IMG/VR virus record: IMGVR_UViG_3300033121_001167
Location: 15,250 to 79,249 of that record
Origin: a virus
Taxonomy: Duplodnaviria; Caudoviricetes
Direction: 5' to 3' (one strand)
Length of the DNA stretch: 64,000 bases
Shown here: positions 27,867 through 38,207 of the stretch, in pieces
Numbering within the stretch: the stretch's first letter is position 1
How the letters are laid out: each line of letters starts with the position of its first letter
The notes under the pieces: generated by a model
Seen by the model: the letters and a program-made list of their open reading frames with translations, nothing else
Databases searched by the model: none
What the model was told of the DNA's origin: nothing
Position numbers and translations under genes: made by a program

Positions 27867-28912
27867 AGTTCTTTCAATAAATTTACGAATGGTTTGTTTG
27901 AATAATATTTAGTCGTAATCTGTTCAGTATCTGATTTCATTTTTTCGGCAATTTCGTCATATCTTCCAACCCGGTCTATAAACAAATCTGCCAGTTGTGC
28001 GCGACTTCGCATCAAATACAAATATTTATTGTGTCGTGCTTTAGTAAGCAGACTCGGATATTGATATTCCTTCGGGAAAACTTGGTAATACATTAGCCGA
28101 CTTGGTACCATTGGAACAACGCCATTGCACATACCTTCCCACAACAATACTGGATTAGTCTCTGCAACTTGCGAACAAAACATAAGTTTTGATTGCTGTA
28201 ATAAATTCCGATAAGCCGTCCGAGAACTGTGGGTATCATACGCATAAATAAAATTCAAATTAGTCAATTCTCCCTCAAGACCACGAAATGCGTTGACTTG
28301 CATATCGTTAGTTACTTTATATGGAAAAACTATCAAATTTTTTCTCTCCATGTCAAGTTTCTTGACTCTGGATATATATTCAAAAGGATAACCAGTCACT
28401 CTGATTGAATTTGAATTTGCAACTCGCCCATATTTCCCCTCAAACAAATCAATCTCATTTTCAGATAAAAAGCAATTGTAGTCATACGCATTAAAAAGTG
28501 CGTATTCAAATTGACGACCAAACGTTTTACTTGCACCCTTAAACCGTTGCCACATTGGACTAAATTGGTTGTATAGTGAATCTCCCCATACACCAATCAT
28601 CGTTATATTCAGTTTATATTCGTCCCGAAAATAACATAACGGGACGGCAATATAATTCCACGCATTTGTGAAAATAAATACATCGCCGTCCCGTATCTTT
28701 CCAGTTTCTACCATGTTCATCAACACTTTCAATTGTATTGATTTATAGTAGGTGTCCGCAAAAAGAGCCGATTCGTGTGAAATTGTGGTGCCATCTACAA
28801 TTTTTATATCATATTTAGCGAAATCACCATTCCACCAACATTCTCTCCAATAATTTTCTATCGGAGCGCCCAATTCCGTGACAATGAAAAGCGTTTTACG
28901 CCGCATCCCCAA
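27863..28912 (-). CDS. divergent GT-B glycosyltransferase-like protein (possible DNA modification)
   Basis: YKSIQL...GDVFIFTNAWN...IGVW...AYDYNCF resembles phage GTs I recall near base-modification genes; sits inside the replication operon. Confidence 0.5.
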   Translation of the reverse strand: MGMRRKTLFIVTELGAPIENYWRECWWNGDFAKYDIKIVDGTTISHESALFADTYYKSIQLKVLMNMVETGKIRDGDVFIFTNAWNYIAVPLCYFRDEYKLNITMIGVWGDSLYNQFSPMWQRFKGASKTFGRQFEYALFNAYDYNCFLSENEIDLFEGKYGRVANSNSIRVTGYPFEYISRVKKLDMERKNLIVFPYKVTNDMQVNAFRGLEGELTNLNFIYAYDTHSSRTAYRNLLQQSKLMFCSQVAETNPVLLWEGMCNGVVPMVPSRLMYYQVFPKEYQYPSLLTKARHNKYLYLMRSRAQLADLFIDRVGRYDEIAEKMKSDTEQITTKYYSNKPFVNLLKEL

Positions 28913-29102
28913 TCACCTCTAAAATTTTTGTTTCGGCCACAGAAGTCAACTCCCAATCAATTGTGGAACCTTCATACTTTTCAGTGACATACGCTTCCAC
29001 ATCTGTAACACTAACTGCCTTGACTAAATATTGTTCAGTCACTTTTTGAATTTTACCGTTATCATTTTCAGTGCGGCATTTTACTTTTGCAATGTAATAC
29101 AT
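28896..29102 (-). CDS. DUF4494-like protein
   Basis: YIAKVK...NGKIQKVTEQYLVKAVSVTDVEA; family typical of Bacteroidota. Confidence 0.7.
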   Translation of the reverse strand: MYYIAKVKCRTENDNGKIQKVTEQYLVKAVSVTDVEAYVTEKYEGSTIDWELTSVAETKILEVIGDAA

Positions 29103-29113
29103 AATTTTGTGTT

Positions 29114-29263
29114 TTAATTGTTATTGAAATATTTGGTATTGAACCAAGTTTTGACGTAATCAATCGTGAAATGGACTTCATTATGACCAAGCAAAAATGT
29201 AAGAATGCTTGGGTGATTGTCTCCGCATAGACCAATCAAATGCGTAATCGTATGTACTATCAT
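29114..29263 (-). CDS. small protein (49 aa, absent from ORF track)
   Basis: MIVHTITHLIGLCGDNHPSILT...; ATGA-coupled. Confidence 0.55.
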   Translation of the reverse strand: MIVHTITHLIGLCGDNHPSILTFLLGHNEVHFTIDYVKTWFNTKYFNNN

Positions 29264-29436
29264 GGCGTTTTGCTTTCTAAAATGTATGCTAAATCGTTTT
29301 TCACAAACACTTCAAATGAAGTATCAGTTGTAAGAACGTCCAAAATGCGCGTCCATGAACTTAAATCGTAAGGGGGTTCTATGGCTAATCGCACACCATA
29401 TTCGTCCTTAATCCATTTTTCTATTAAATTTCTCAT
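29260..29436 (-). CDS. small protein (58 aa, absent from ORF track)
   Basis: MRNLIEKWIKDEYG...; ATGA-coupled to the clamp stop. Confidence 0.55.
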   Translation of the reverse strand: MRNLIEKWIKDEYGVRLAIEPPYDLSSWTRILDVLTTDTSFEVFVKNDLAYILESKTP

Positions 29437-30167
29437 GCAATATCAACCCTTGTTGTCATGTAAGATGTTTGCCAATCCTCACCGACAAAATTCAACACCA
29501 TCAAACCAGCCAGTGAAATTGAAACGGATGCAGTCAAGCAGTCTTTATTGGCTTCAAAAATATCACCAATCAGATTTGCACTAAATGCGATTAAATCTGA
29601 AATTTGCTGTGTGACTTCTCCTTGCAAATTTAGTGTAATTCGGGTGGTGTTTGTGGTTGGGTGGTAATTAAGTACAAGTTCTATGTTCTCACCATCTGTA
29701 AATATAGCCAAATTTACATTCTTGTCCGATGTTTTCAATGCGGATAGTGACTTTGTGAATCGACTCATCGTCTCCTTGTCCAAATCAAATTTAATGTGCA
29801 TATCCGGACGATTGGTAATTTCTGGAACTTCGGGAATTACGTCCAGACTGGCCAACAAGAATTTTGCACTAACTGCACTGTCGTCAAATTGCAAGGAGAC
29901 CGCCTTATTTCGCTCGTAGCCGAGTTTCATGTCAAAGTCCGTATCCAATGCTCCTAAGATGTTTTTAAGCGCAACTGGGTCAAAAATACCGAACTCTGTG
30001 GCTTCAAAATCAAAGTCGTTAAATGTTACATCGGCGCGAAATGTTTTGATGGGCTCATCACGGTGGACTATGGTTAACGTTTTGTCCTGAATCTTCCAAC
30101 GGGCTGGTTGACAACGACCCGACAAATTGTACTTGGAAACGATGTTTTGAATTTTACTTTTTTGCAT
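29433..30167 (-). CDS. sliding clamp (T4 gp45-like)
   Basis: 244 aa; EFGIFDPVALKNIL, AKFLLASLDVI; adjacent to clamp-loader and PolB genes. Confidence 0.8.
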   Translation of the reverse strand: MQKSKIQNIVSKYNLSGRCQPARWKIQDKTLTIVHRDEPIKTFRADVTFNDFDFEATEFGIFDPVALKNILGALDTDFDMKLGYERNKAVSLQFDDSAVSAKFLLASLDVIPEVPEITNRPDMHIKFDLDKETMSRFTKSLSALKTSDKNVNLAIFTDGENIELVLNYHPTTNTTRITLNLQGEVTQQISDLIAFSANLIGDIFEANKDCLTASVSISLAGLMVLNFVGEDWQTSYMTTRVDIA

Positions 30168-30468
30168 TTTTAGTTTTCAAATTTAGATAAATAGTATATT
30201 GGTCTTCAATTAGATTGAAATTTTGGTGGATATTGCCGAGTTTGGTAGGCCGTTGCGAATTAAATTTTATATAATGTTGTCTATAAGATGTTAATCCGTC
30301 AACTGGATATAAATGCTCATACACTTTATCTGGGTGTCTATACAAATATTCATTGAATCGCTCAATATAATTTGTATCTACAACTACACCCAAAAATCGC
30401 TTAACTTTTCGTCCAGTCAGCCTCAACAATATCATTTTGATAAATTTCAACATCATCCATAATATCAA
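30154..30468 (-). CDS. hypothetical protein
   Basis: 104 aa ORF; start uncertain. Confidence 0.5.
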   Translation of the reverse strand: MILWMMLKFIKMILLRLTGRKVKRFLGVVVDTNYIERFNEYLYRHPDKVYEHLYPVDGLTSYRQHYIKFNSQRPTKLGNIHQNFNLIEDQYTIYLNLKTKNAKK

Positions 30469-30586
30469 TTAACCGATCAAAAATAAATTTATCAGATGGA
30501 TAATTTAGTTCAAACCCGGATGTTATATCTAAGACTGGATATATGAACTTTTGGTTTGTAATATCCCAAACTCTAAATTTTATCAT
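30401..30586 (-). CDS. short YopX-like protein
   Basis: MIKFRVWD ... EIYQNDIV. Confidence 0.5.
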   Translation of the reverse strand: MIKFRVWDITNQKFIYPVLDITSGFELNYPSDKFIFDRLIDIMDDVEIYQNDIVEADWTKS

Positions 30587-30932
30587 AACTTTGAATTAAA
30601 TTATGAAGGTGTAGCCAACCCTCTCTATCTACTATTTCATTAATCATATTGATACAATCTACACGACGAAATCTCCCAATATCCATACCATCGGAAAGGC
30701 AGTCGTTCTTAAATAACTCATTAAATGCGTCCTCTCTGCTATCTTTCACATAGTAATCAAGACCTCGCAAATATTCAATTACATAGTTCACATCTATACC
30801 ATCAAGTATTTCATCTGGTGTGTATTTTCTAACGATGGTGTCGAGAGTGAACAATTCGTTAAATTCTTCGACTAACTCTCTGCGAGTCATGTCTTTTAAA
30901 AATTTTCGCACGTCTTCAAATTCAAGTGTCAT
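30573..30932 (-). CDS. hypothetical acidic protein
   Basis: Start MTLEF downstream of a promoter. Confidence 0.65.
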   Translation of the reverse strand: MTLEFEDVRKFLKDMTRRELVEEFNELFTLDTIVRKYTPDEILDGIDVNYVIEYLRGLDYYVKDSREDAFNELFKNDCLSDGMDIGRFRRVDCINMINEIVDREGWLHLHNLIQSYDKI

Positions 30933-30947
30933 GTTTTTTATTTTATA

Positions 30948-30979
30948 CAATGATACAATAATTTTCCGTATTTTGCAAC
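30948..30979 (-). promoter_or_regulatory. Bacteroidota-type promoter
   Basis: GTTG (30976-30979), 20 nt spacer, TATCATTG (30948-30955). Confidence 0.55.
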
Positions 30980-31007
30980 TTTTATTTGTTAATGATTTGC
31001 AAATAAG

Positions 31008-33548
31008 TTAAAAGAAATTACTTTGTTCTTGCAATTGAACTGTGCCGAATCCCAAATCCTTCCAAATAGTATCCAATTTACTAATTAGTGTGTTATTGAA
31101 GACTTTTTCCTTATCAATGAATCGCTCCACAAATTCTAAAATTTCTGGCGGATCGTCATATCCTCGTATTGCCATCGTTTCAAACCCGTATGGATTTTGC
31201 CGCATATAAGCATATAAGATTTTATCGCCATCATCAAATGGTGGCAATGATTCAATTTTATGCAATTCAAGCAATTTATTGTAATTTTGAGCCGATTTTA
31301 TGTGGATTGGTGTTCCTTTTTGCCCATGACTGTATTTACTTATCTCTTTAACGGATGTGGGTAACATAATATCAGCCAACGGACTTTTGGTATAAATTGA
31401 TTTGAAATCCTGCACTTTTTTATTCAAATCACTGACTGTCATATCATGCAGAATGTCAACGATCAATTCCTTCATCAATTTACGAAATGCTTTTGGAAAT
31501 GATGAACGGACTACATCAAATCCTTTAATGTCGGGTTCCTCAACCGGAACTCCCTTCTTGTTTATAATCCACATTGCGTACCGTTTCTTGGCTTGTCCCC
31601 AAAATGCCGATTTTGCAATGACTTCTTGTTTGATGTTCAAGTAATGCGTATCAACATTATGAAGTTTTTTAGCATACACATCATAGGATTTATTGATAAA
31701 TGTTTGAATTTCAGTTGCAAATTTTAAAGTTCTTGATACGAGTTCATGTTCCTCGTCACCATCGTATTCAAGTCTGATGAGTGGTAATACAGGTAAAAAT
31801 ATACTATCAGTATCGCCCGCAATTACATAATCAACGCCCGATGTTTTAATTCGTGTATTGTAAAAATGATTCGCCCCACGAATTGAAAATTGAATTACGG
31901 ATTGCCCAGTCAATGTTATACTTTCACCCACATCTTTATTGTAAAATCTAAACGACGGGAGCAATAAAACTCCATAAAACGAGTTAAGCAAAATCTTTTG
32001 AATCAACTGCTTTTGATCGTAATATTTGTATTTCTCCATATCACCAGCAATCCCATATTCTTCTGCAAGTTTACTCAGCCGCTTACGCTCATCAAACCAC
32101 ATTGTTAGGATTGACGGAAGAAGCCCTTGTTTTGATTTTGTGAACATTACACCATTGCTGGCAATTGTGACATTTTTTTCTTGGATGTACAACCAAAAAT
32201 TATCATGCCCCACTTCAATGATTTGATCTGGTTCGTCAAATGCCGTATTCTGTAAACTGGTATATATTTGTATTTTATATACTTTGCCAACCTTTTTTTC
32301 CCAATCCGCTTCGTTCCAGTTCAACACTTTACCAAACCTCGTTTCTGGACTCACATTTAAAGTTCTAATCAACGATGGATATAGTGAAGTTAAATCTTGG
32401 TCAATAACATATTTGTAAATACCGACCGTCGGCGGTTTGACCATTGCGCCTTCTGCCTGTGTCGCATCATTAGTATTTTCAGAACGAATTGCTATAAAAT
32501 TATTTTTCTTACAATACGTCAATGCCGCACCATCCAGATATTTGGATGAAAACGGATAATCATCATACGGAACGTGTCCTGCATGACAAATACCACGAGC
32601 AGTATCAATTAGATTTTTCTTCCTATCCAGTGAAACAATCAACTCAACATCATTTACGTTATACTCAATGAATCCGTCAATATCATTTTCATACAATTCA
32701 TCTAATGTTCCATCATACTTAAATTTACCACGTTTGAGTTCTTTTTGAGAAATTGCCTCCAACGTATATGAACTTTCCTCGTTGTATGTAAATTTCTTAT
32801 ACAACTGGAGATAATCCATTTGTGCAATACCAGCAATGTTGACGACAATATCCCGCTTCGTTACTTGTCGTTCTTCAGTTATCCCGATTGGACTTAATTT
32901 TCTGGCATAGTTTATACCCAAAACATTTTCAATCCTATTATGCAAATATGGTATATCGTACACGTCCCCATTCCATGAACTAACAAGATCTGGCTTAATT
33001 TTATTCCAATGCGAGACAAATGCCTGTAATAGTTCAGATTCTTTCCTGTAAACTTTTACATAGACTTCAATTGTATTCTCAGTTTCAGTAACTTTTATCT
33101 GTTTTTTACAATCAGTCAGTTTGCCCTTTTCATTAAGCAGTAGGCACACATACTTTTGATTTTTTGTATCGTAATATGCAATGGATGTAATTTTATTTTT
33201 TGCTTCCTTAGCGGTTGAATAACGAAGTCCTTTCTCTACCTCAATGTCAAAAAATAACACGGTCAAATTAACTGCGACATCATCCGTTTCATAATACCGA
33301 TCAATCAAAGTGCGAGTTGAAACTGGAACATCATGTTCAAATACCATCCCCGCTTTTTCCGCCTCTTTACCCCAACTTGTAACTTTTTTAACTTTTAGTC
33401 CAGTTAATGTAGTGTGTTCTCCTTTTGAATCAACAACATACGCATATTTCTTGTAATCAAAAACTTCATATTCTTTATCGTTATGCTTACCATCCGTCCA
33501 TAAATGGATTTGGTTGGTTTTTCGGTCATAATAAAAGTTTTTATACAT
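31008..33548 (-). CDS. family B DNA polymerase (T4 gp43-like)
   Basis: FDIE, SWNGDVYDIPY, YNVND exo motifs; DLTSLYPS, KILLNSFYG, GDTDS pol motifs. No intein. Confidence 0.97.
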   Translation of the reverse strand: MYKNFYYDRKTNQIHLWTDGKHNDKEYEVFDYKKYAYVVDSKGEHTTLTGLKVKKVTSWGKEAEKAGMVFEHDVPVSTRTLIDRYYETDDVAVNLTVLFFDIEVEKGLRYSTAKEAKNKITSIAYYDTKNQKYVCLLLNEKGKLTDCKKQIKVTETENTIEVYVKVYRKESELLQAFVSHWNKIKPDLVSSWNGDVYDIPYLHNRIENVLGINYARKLSPIGITEERQVTKRDIVVNIAGIAQMDYLQLYKKFTYNEESSYTLEAISQKELKRGKFKYDGTLDELYENDIDGFIEYNVNDVELIVSLDRKKNLIDTARGICHAGHVPYDDYPFSSKYLDGAALTYCKKNNFIAIRSENTNDATQAEGAMVKPPTVGIYKYVIDQDLTSLYPSLIRTLNVSPETRFGKVLNWNEADWEKKVGKVYKIQIYTSLQNTAFDEPDQIIEVGHDNFWLYIQEKNVTIASNGVMFTKSKQGLLPSILTMWFDERKRLSKLAEEYGIAGDMEKYKYYDQKQLIQKILLNSFYGVLLLPSFRFYNKDVGESITLTGQSVIQFSIRGANHFYNTRIKTSGVDYVIAGDTDSIFLPVLPLIRLEYDGDEEHELVSRTLKFATEIQTFINKSYDVYAKKLHNVDTHYLNIKQEVIAKSAFWGQAKKRYAMWIINKKGVPVEEPDIKGFDVVRSSFPKAFRKLMKELIVDILHDMTVSDLNKKVQDFKSIYTKSPLADIMLPTSVKEISKYSHGQKGTPIHIKSAQNYNKLLELHKIESLPPFDDGDKILYAYMRQNPYGFETMAIRGYDDPPEILEFVERFIDKEKVFNNTLISKLDTIWKDLGFGTVQLQEQSNFF

Positions 33549-33551
33549 ATT

Positions 33552-35123
33552 TTAAAAAAAATCAGTACGTTCAACTGAAATGTTATTTTCCGGTTTAATT
33601 TCTCGGTTTAGCACATATTTACTATACAATTGTCCTCTATTCTCCTTTGCGTGTAAAATACGCGCATTTGCAATATCACAATATTCTGGACTAATTTCAG
33701 TACCGACACAAGGAATTTCTAAAATTTCACATGCCATTGGAATTGATCCCGACCCCACAAACGGATCAAAGAATAATTGAGGGTTTGGAGTCTTGAATAA
33801 CTGTAAAATTTTAAGACACAAAGACAGTGGTTTTACTGTCGGATGTATATTTGCAACTTTAGTGCGTCGTTGTTGTTGTTCAGAATCATGTACTGATTTA
33901 CACCCACAGGTATAATAGTTAGACCCCGATGGGAGACTTTTGTCGTGGATTGGGCATCTCGGTAAAGTATCGCCTAATCCTGATCCAGATGTTAATATTT
34001 TGTTGTGAGTCTCAAATTTACTCATTCCGAGATCACGTTCCGATTTGCTAACTTTTGGGCAATAAATATACAAATCATAATCTTCTGAATCATAATCACA
34101 TTTATGCAAAATTTTTGAACATCCTCCTATATCACCGTATGTTCTTCCAGCAGGTTCTCCAGTACTTTCGGACCAAATTCCACCAGATTTAGAACCTTCT
34201 CCTGTGTATTCTTGTACTTTTTTAAGTCCACTTTGCGAATCCAGCAATTCGGAGGCTTCGGAATTTACGAATGTTTGGGCCGGAAATCTGCCGTCTGGAG
34301 CAGTATATTCTAAAACTGAATTTCCCGACTGAAACCATGATTTATTGTTACTTCCAGTTCTATTTCCAGAATAACTGCCTCCCTTATTCAACCGATCATC
34401 ATCTGGCAATGTAACTCTGGACGAATCAATATTCAACGCGCCACACAAACAATCCATATCTCCATTTTCATACGCCAATGTGTCGTGCAGACACGATCCC
34501 GTTTTGTATGGCTTTTGGAAAACCATAATTGTTTCATTTGTTTGTTTTAATGGGGAGATGGAGTATTTAAATCCGCCGTATTTTTGGGCTAATTTATGTG
34601 AGCCAATCGCTTTATAATTAATTACCGGGTCAGTATTTGAAAATGTTCTACCATCGGTATATCCATTACCATCATCTATTGTAGATATATTTCGTGTGCC
34701 AGTTATAGACGATGCCCCAACCACTTCCCGTTCCTCTCCAAAATGCTTATCCAAATTTTTACTTAAATCAGATGACTTTGGAAAGGAAGATGCAAAATAC
34801 CAATACAAACTTTGTTGTTCATTAAATCCCGCCAAACACGCATAATATTTATTCAACATGACTTGGCGATCCATGCCAAACATAACAACCCGGCCGCCAT
34901 GTTTTAATATACGATGTGCCTCTATAAACCATTCTTCCCAAAATTTGCCGTCCGGTTGGCCCCATTTATTCATAAAATCAACCGCTTTTTTATAATCTGG
35001 CTTTCCGTCTTCTCGGATAATCACCTCACTTCCAAGTGCATACGGAGGATCGGTAAAAATAACGTCAACCGAATTTGATTTCATCGTTTTCATCCGGTCA
35101 ATGCAGTTTATGGTTTCTATCAT
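33552..35123 (-). CDS. N6/N4 DNA methyltransferase with large internal insertion
   Basis: FTDPPY; HPTVKP; DPFVGSGS. Confidence 0.88.
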   Translation of the reverse strand: MIETINCIDRMKTMKSNSVDVIFTDPPYALGSEVIIREDGKPDYKKAVDFMNKWGQPDGKFWEEWFIEAHRILKHGGRVVMFGMDRQVMLNKYYACLAGFNEQQSLYWYFASSFPKSSDLSKNLDKHFGEEREVVGASSITGTRNISTIDDGNGYTDGRTFSNTDPVINYKAIGSHKLAQKYGGFKYSISPLKQTNETIMVFQKPYKTGSCLHDTLAYENGDMDCLCGALNIDSSRVTLPDDDRLNKGGSYSGNRTGSNNKSWFQSGNSVLEYTAPDGRFPAQTFVNSEASELLDSQSGLKKVQEYTGEGSKSGGIWSESTGEPAGRTYGDIGGCSKILHKCDYDSEDYDLYIYCPKVSKSERDLGMSKFETHNKILTSGSGLGDTLPRCPIHDKSLPSGSNYYTCGCKSVHDSEQQQRRTKVANIHPTVKPLSLCLKILQLFKTPNPQLFFDPFVGSGSIPMACEILEIPCVGTEISPEYCDIANARILHAKENRGQLYSKYVLNREIKPENNISVERTDFF

Positions 35124-36344
35124 TCAATAAAATTTATGAACATTATATAAAAATGGAGCAATTCTCTTTTTTGCAATATCTATATATTCTGGATTTATTT
35201 CAAACCCGATGAAGTTTCGTCCATGTTTTAAAGCAACTAATGCAGTTGTACCCGACCCCATAAATGGGTCAATTACAACAGAAGGAATCGTGTCGGAAGT
35301 TTCACATTTGCATGTTTGTTCCCACCCAACACACTTAAATTGTTGCACTGTGTCCGTTAAAAATGAAGATGTTTTTCCATGTCTTCCTTTTGACTGCTCT
35401 AATTTGTGATAATCTCTTGATCCGGGTGCCCACGATACGTTTAAGTCGTCAGTTTTTTCAAAAATTCGCTGATACGGCTTTCCGCATTCTACACAACATC
35501 CATACTCAGGTGTACCCGTTTTTATACAGGGCTCTACTAAGGCTTCCGGGTATCCCGCTACATGTTGTCCATTTGCTCCAGGCTGCAAATTGATTCTCCA
35601 AACATTACGCATGTTTGCCATCCCATGTCCAACAGCCTTGAGATTTCCATTTGTTTTTCTCCCTCCGTTTGCTTTGAATGATCCGATTTGTTGTGCAACG
35701 TCCTGTGATAATCTTCCAACCGAACTTTCGGATATTGGTTCTTTGACGGAAAATTGGTCAAAATAATATGTATCGTTTTTCGTCAACATGAACACATATT
35801 CAAAACTTCTACTAAATCTGTCAGTACAAGATTCTGGCATCGCGCTACCTTCCCTAACTTGTCCGCTTGTAGCCTTAGCCCAAATTATTGTATCCCTATG
35901 ATACCATCCAGAATCTGATAATGCCATCACTAACCGATGTGGAACATTCATCAATTCTTTTCGCTTCATTCCGGTAGGAATATACCCACTGTTTGGAATT
36001 ATTCCAGATGAACACCCATTGGTTCCGGACTTACTATTCCACACAGAATCGTGTATTTCTCCAGATTTATTTCGCCCCTTGTTACTGCCAGCGTAACTAT
36101 CTCCGATGTTGAGATATAGTACACCAGTAGGTTTCAAACACCTACGAATTTCGTTAAATATAGATACTAAATTAACGATATAGTCTTGAAGTGTTTCTTC
36201 TTTTCCTATTTCGCGTAAATTATCGTGAGTATATGAGCGGAGTCCAAAATACGGAGGACTCGTGACACAGCAATCAATTGAATTGTCGGGGAGTTTTTTC
36301 AATCCTTCCAAACAATCTTCGTTATAAATAATATTTATATCCAT
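35124..36344 (-). CDS. DNA methyltransferase, SPPY type (N4C-like)
   Basis: [10 protein letters not shown]; RDTIIWAK; HVAGYP; DPFMGSGTT. Confidence 0.9.
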   Translation of the reverse strand: MDINIIYNEDCLEGLKKLPDNSIDCCVTSPPYFGLRSYTHDNLREIGKEETLQDYIVNLVSIFNEIRRCLKPTGVLYLNIGDSYAGSNKGRNKSGEIHDSVWNSKSGTNGCSSGIIPNSGYIPTGMKRKELMNVPHRLVMALSDSGWYHRDTIIWAKATSGQVREGSAMPESCTDRFSRSFEYVFMLTKNDTYYFDQFSVKEPISESSVGRLSQDVAQQIGSFKANGGRKTNGNLKAVGHGMANMRNVWRINLQPGANGQHVAGYPEALVEPCIKTGTPEYGCCVECGKPYQRIFEKTDDLNVSWAPGSRDYHKLEQSKGRHGKTSSFLTDTVQQFKCVGWEQTCKCETSDTIPSVVIDPFMGSGTTALVALKHGRNFIGFEINPEYIDIAKKRIAPFLYNVHKFY

Positions 36345-36733
36345 ATAATTTTTAGGGGCAATCCAAATTTTTGTGCAGTGTCAATCATGTTTTTACTTCC
36401 CAGAGAACCTGTGGTGAATACGATACAGTGGGTTGAATTTTTCGCCATTTCTGTATTTCTAAACGGTCCTGCTCGTTTTCCATGTTTATCCCAATCCGGT
36501 ATAAATCGTTCTACCTTTAATTTAAACTGCTCAGCAAATCGCTCTCCCAATTTATCTGCACCATTGGCAGTTCCAGAAATAATCGTCACATCTTTAAATT
36601 TTATCATTGCTTCTATGTTCTCAGATATTGGCAAATCTGGATCAAACAACTGGCTGTAAACAAAGGATATGACTTCTTTTCTCAATAAGTCATAATCATC
36701 AAATGTGCGACTCCCTGCTATAATTAAGCGCAT
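36335..36733 (-). CDS. SLOG (DUF2493/YspA-like) protein
   Basis: MRLIIAGSR; ISGTANGAD; AGPFRN. Confidence 0.85.
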   Translation of the reverse strand: MRLIIAGSRTFDDYDLLRKEVISFVYSQLFDPDLPISENIEAMIKFKDVTIISGTANGADKLGERFAEQFKLKVERFIPDWDKHGKRAGPFRNTEMAKNSTHCIVFTTGSLGSKNMIDTAQKFGLPLKIIWI

Positions 36734-37310
36734 TATATAAACTCGGCTTCAATTTGTAAATTAAATTGTGAATATAATCCAGTGTTTTTGATCTTGAAGA
36801 CATCAAACTAAACCCAAAATCAAGCAACATCTTTTTGACTGTGATGGTTTGAGTGCTACGGGTATGAGCAAATTTACGATTAGCCATTTGTCGTTCCAAC
36901 TCGTCACCAAGTTTTGGACTTTGACCATACACCATAAATTCTAAATTTATTGCACTACTCCACACCGCCACAACACTATAAACTCGCGGATCTTTGAAAT
37001 AAGTGGCTTTTTCTGGTGTAGTATCATTCCACGTTCCTGCCCACGTTTTTGACGTGATTGAACATTGTTTAATCTCCAGAAATTTATCTTCTGTTGAGTG
37101 TTTTGCATCAAATCCATGTTTACCCCAATTTATTAACGAATAACCAAGTTCATTGGCAACAATTGCGTCTCGCAATGTACCAATTGTGGTGTCAGTGTCG
37201 GTTAAATTAAATTGATGCTGAAATTTTGATAATTTATTTAGTGCGTAAGTTCCATTACTTACAAATTCATGTGTTATGGGGACAAATTCCCCACGTTGAA
37301 AATAGTCCAT
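36699..37310 (-). CDS. putative type II restriction endonuclease, PvuII-like PD-(D/E)XK
   Basis: GKHGFDAK-x7-LEIKQ parallels PvuII GREGNDAV...YELKS; about 200 aa; upstream of an SPPY MTase. Confidence 0.55.
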   Translation of the reverse strand: MDYFQRGEFVPITHEFVSNGTYALNKLSKFQHQFNLTDTDTTIGTLRDAIVANELGYSLINWGKHGFDAKHSTEDKFLEIKQCSITSKTWAGTWNDTTPEKATYFKDPRVYSVVAVWSSAINLEFMVYGQSPKLGDELERQMANRKFAHTRSTQTITVKKMLLDFGFSLMSSRSKTLDYIHNLIYKLKPSLYNALNYSRESHI

Positions 37311-37329
37311 TTAGTAGTTTTTGAGTTAA

Positions 37330-37674
37330 TTATCCTACGATCTCTATATCGTTGCTATAAGACCGAATTAGCACACGGGTTTGCTTATAAAGACCGACCA
37401 ATTCTGTTTTATCGGCAATCGCTAAATATTTGAAGTAATCTGGATTGTCTTTTGAATTTTTATAATCAAAACAAAAATCGTTTCGTCCCCAAGTTAGTGA
37501 AGTTGTAAACGTTTCCTCGGGATATTTTAGTTCAACCAATTTACAATGTAGTCCAGTAAACCCATTCAAATGAACTTTGAAAATGCCATCAAAATCGCAA
37601 TTTTCGTTGTACATTTTAAATTTCATTCGTAGTAAACAGCCATCAGTTATTTCGTTGCCATTTTTATCCAACAT
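37330..37674 (-). CDS. hypothetical protein (YopX-like DKNGNEI motif)
   Basis: MLDKNGNEITDG. Confidence 0.55.
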   Translation of the reverse strand: MLDKNGNEITDGCLLRMKFKMYNENCDFDGIFKVHLNGFTGLHCKLVELKYPEETFTTSLTWGRNDFCFDYKNSKDNPDYFKYLAIADKTELVGLYKQTRVLIRSYSNDIEIVG

Positions 37675-37990
37675 TTTTCAATTTGTTTTCAATTTTAACT
37701 AACGAAGCCAGCAATCGTTTATACTCATCCCGGGTTGATTTCATACTGTCAACTGCATTTGCATTTTTTTTACACTCCAGTATCATATCGTAAACTGCTT
37801 TTGCAGTCAACGGCTCAATTTGTTTTCCTTCAAGTTCTTGATTAACTAAATTAAGATATGAATAAATTGCATTATAGTCTCGATCAAATGCTGTGACACA
37901 TTGGTCAAATGTTCCAGTCATTTCCAAAAGTTTAGATTCAAAATGTTCTCTCGCATATGGACGATATTTATTTTCTATCAATAAAATCAT
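37664..37990 (-). CDS. hypothetical protein
   Basis: 108 aa coupled ORF. Confidence 0.6.
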   Translation of the reverse strand: MILLIENKYRPYAREHFESKLLEMTGTFDQCVTAFDRDYNAIYSYLNLVNQELEGKQIEPLTAKAVYDMILECKKNANAVDSMKSTRDEYKRLLASLVKIENKLKNVG

Positions 37991-38207
37991 TTATTCTTTT
38001 GTTGAATTTTTTATATAACCGCCAATATGGTTCATCCGAGAGATATTCAAGCGAGTATTCACATAAACTATACCCGAATTCAATACGTTCACCATTTTTA
38101 AAAAAGTCTTGCAACGTAAGACCAGTCAGTTTGAAAAGTTGAGAGTCAAAGTACTCCAGTGCATCTGGAGCGCATTCATCTTCAACCAATAAAAGTTGTT
38201 TTACCAT
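37968..38207 (-). CDS. hypothetical protein
   Basis: 79 aa coupled ORF. Confidence 0.6.
   Translation of the reverse strand: MVKQLLLVEDECAPDALEYFDSQLFKLTGLTLQDFFKNGERIEFGYSLCEYSLEYLSDEPYWRLYKKFNKRINDFIDRK

Noticed and set aside
30987-31025. Plus-strand TGTTAATGATTTG element as an antisense promoter into the polB 3' end
   Set aside because: The putative -7 box (TTACTTTG) and 18-nt spacing do not fit the consensus seen at the other sites.
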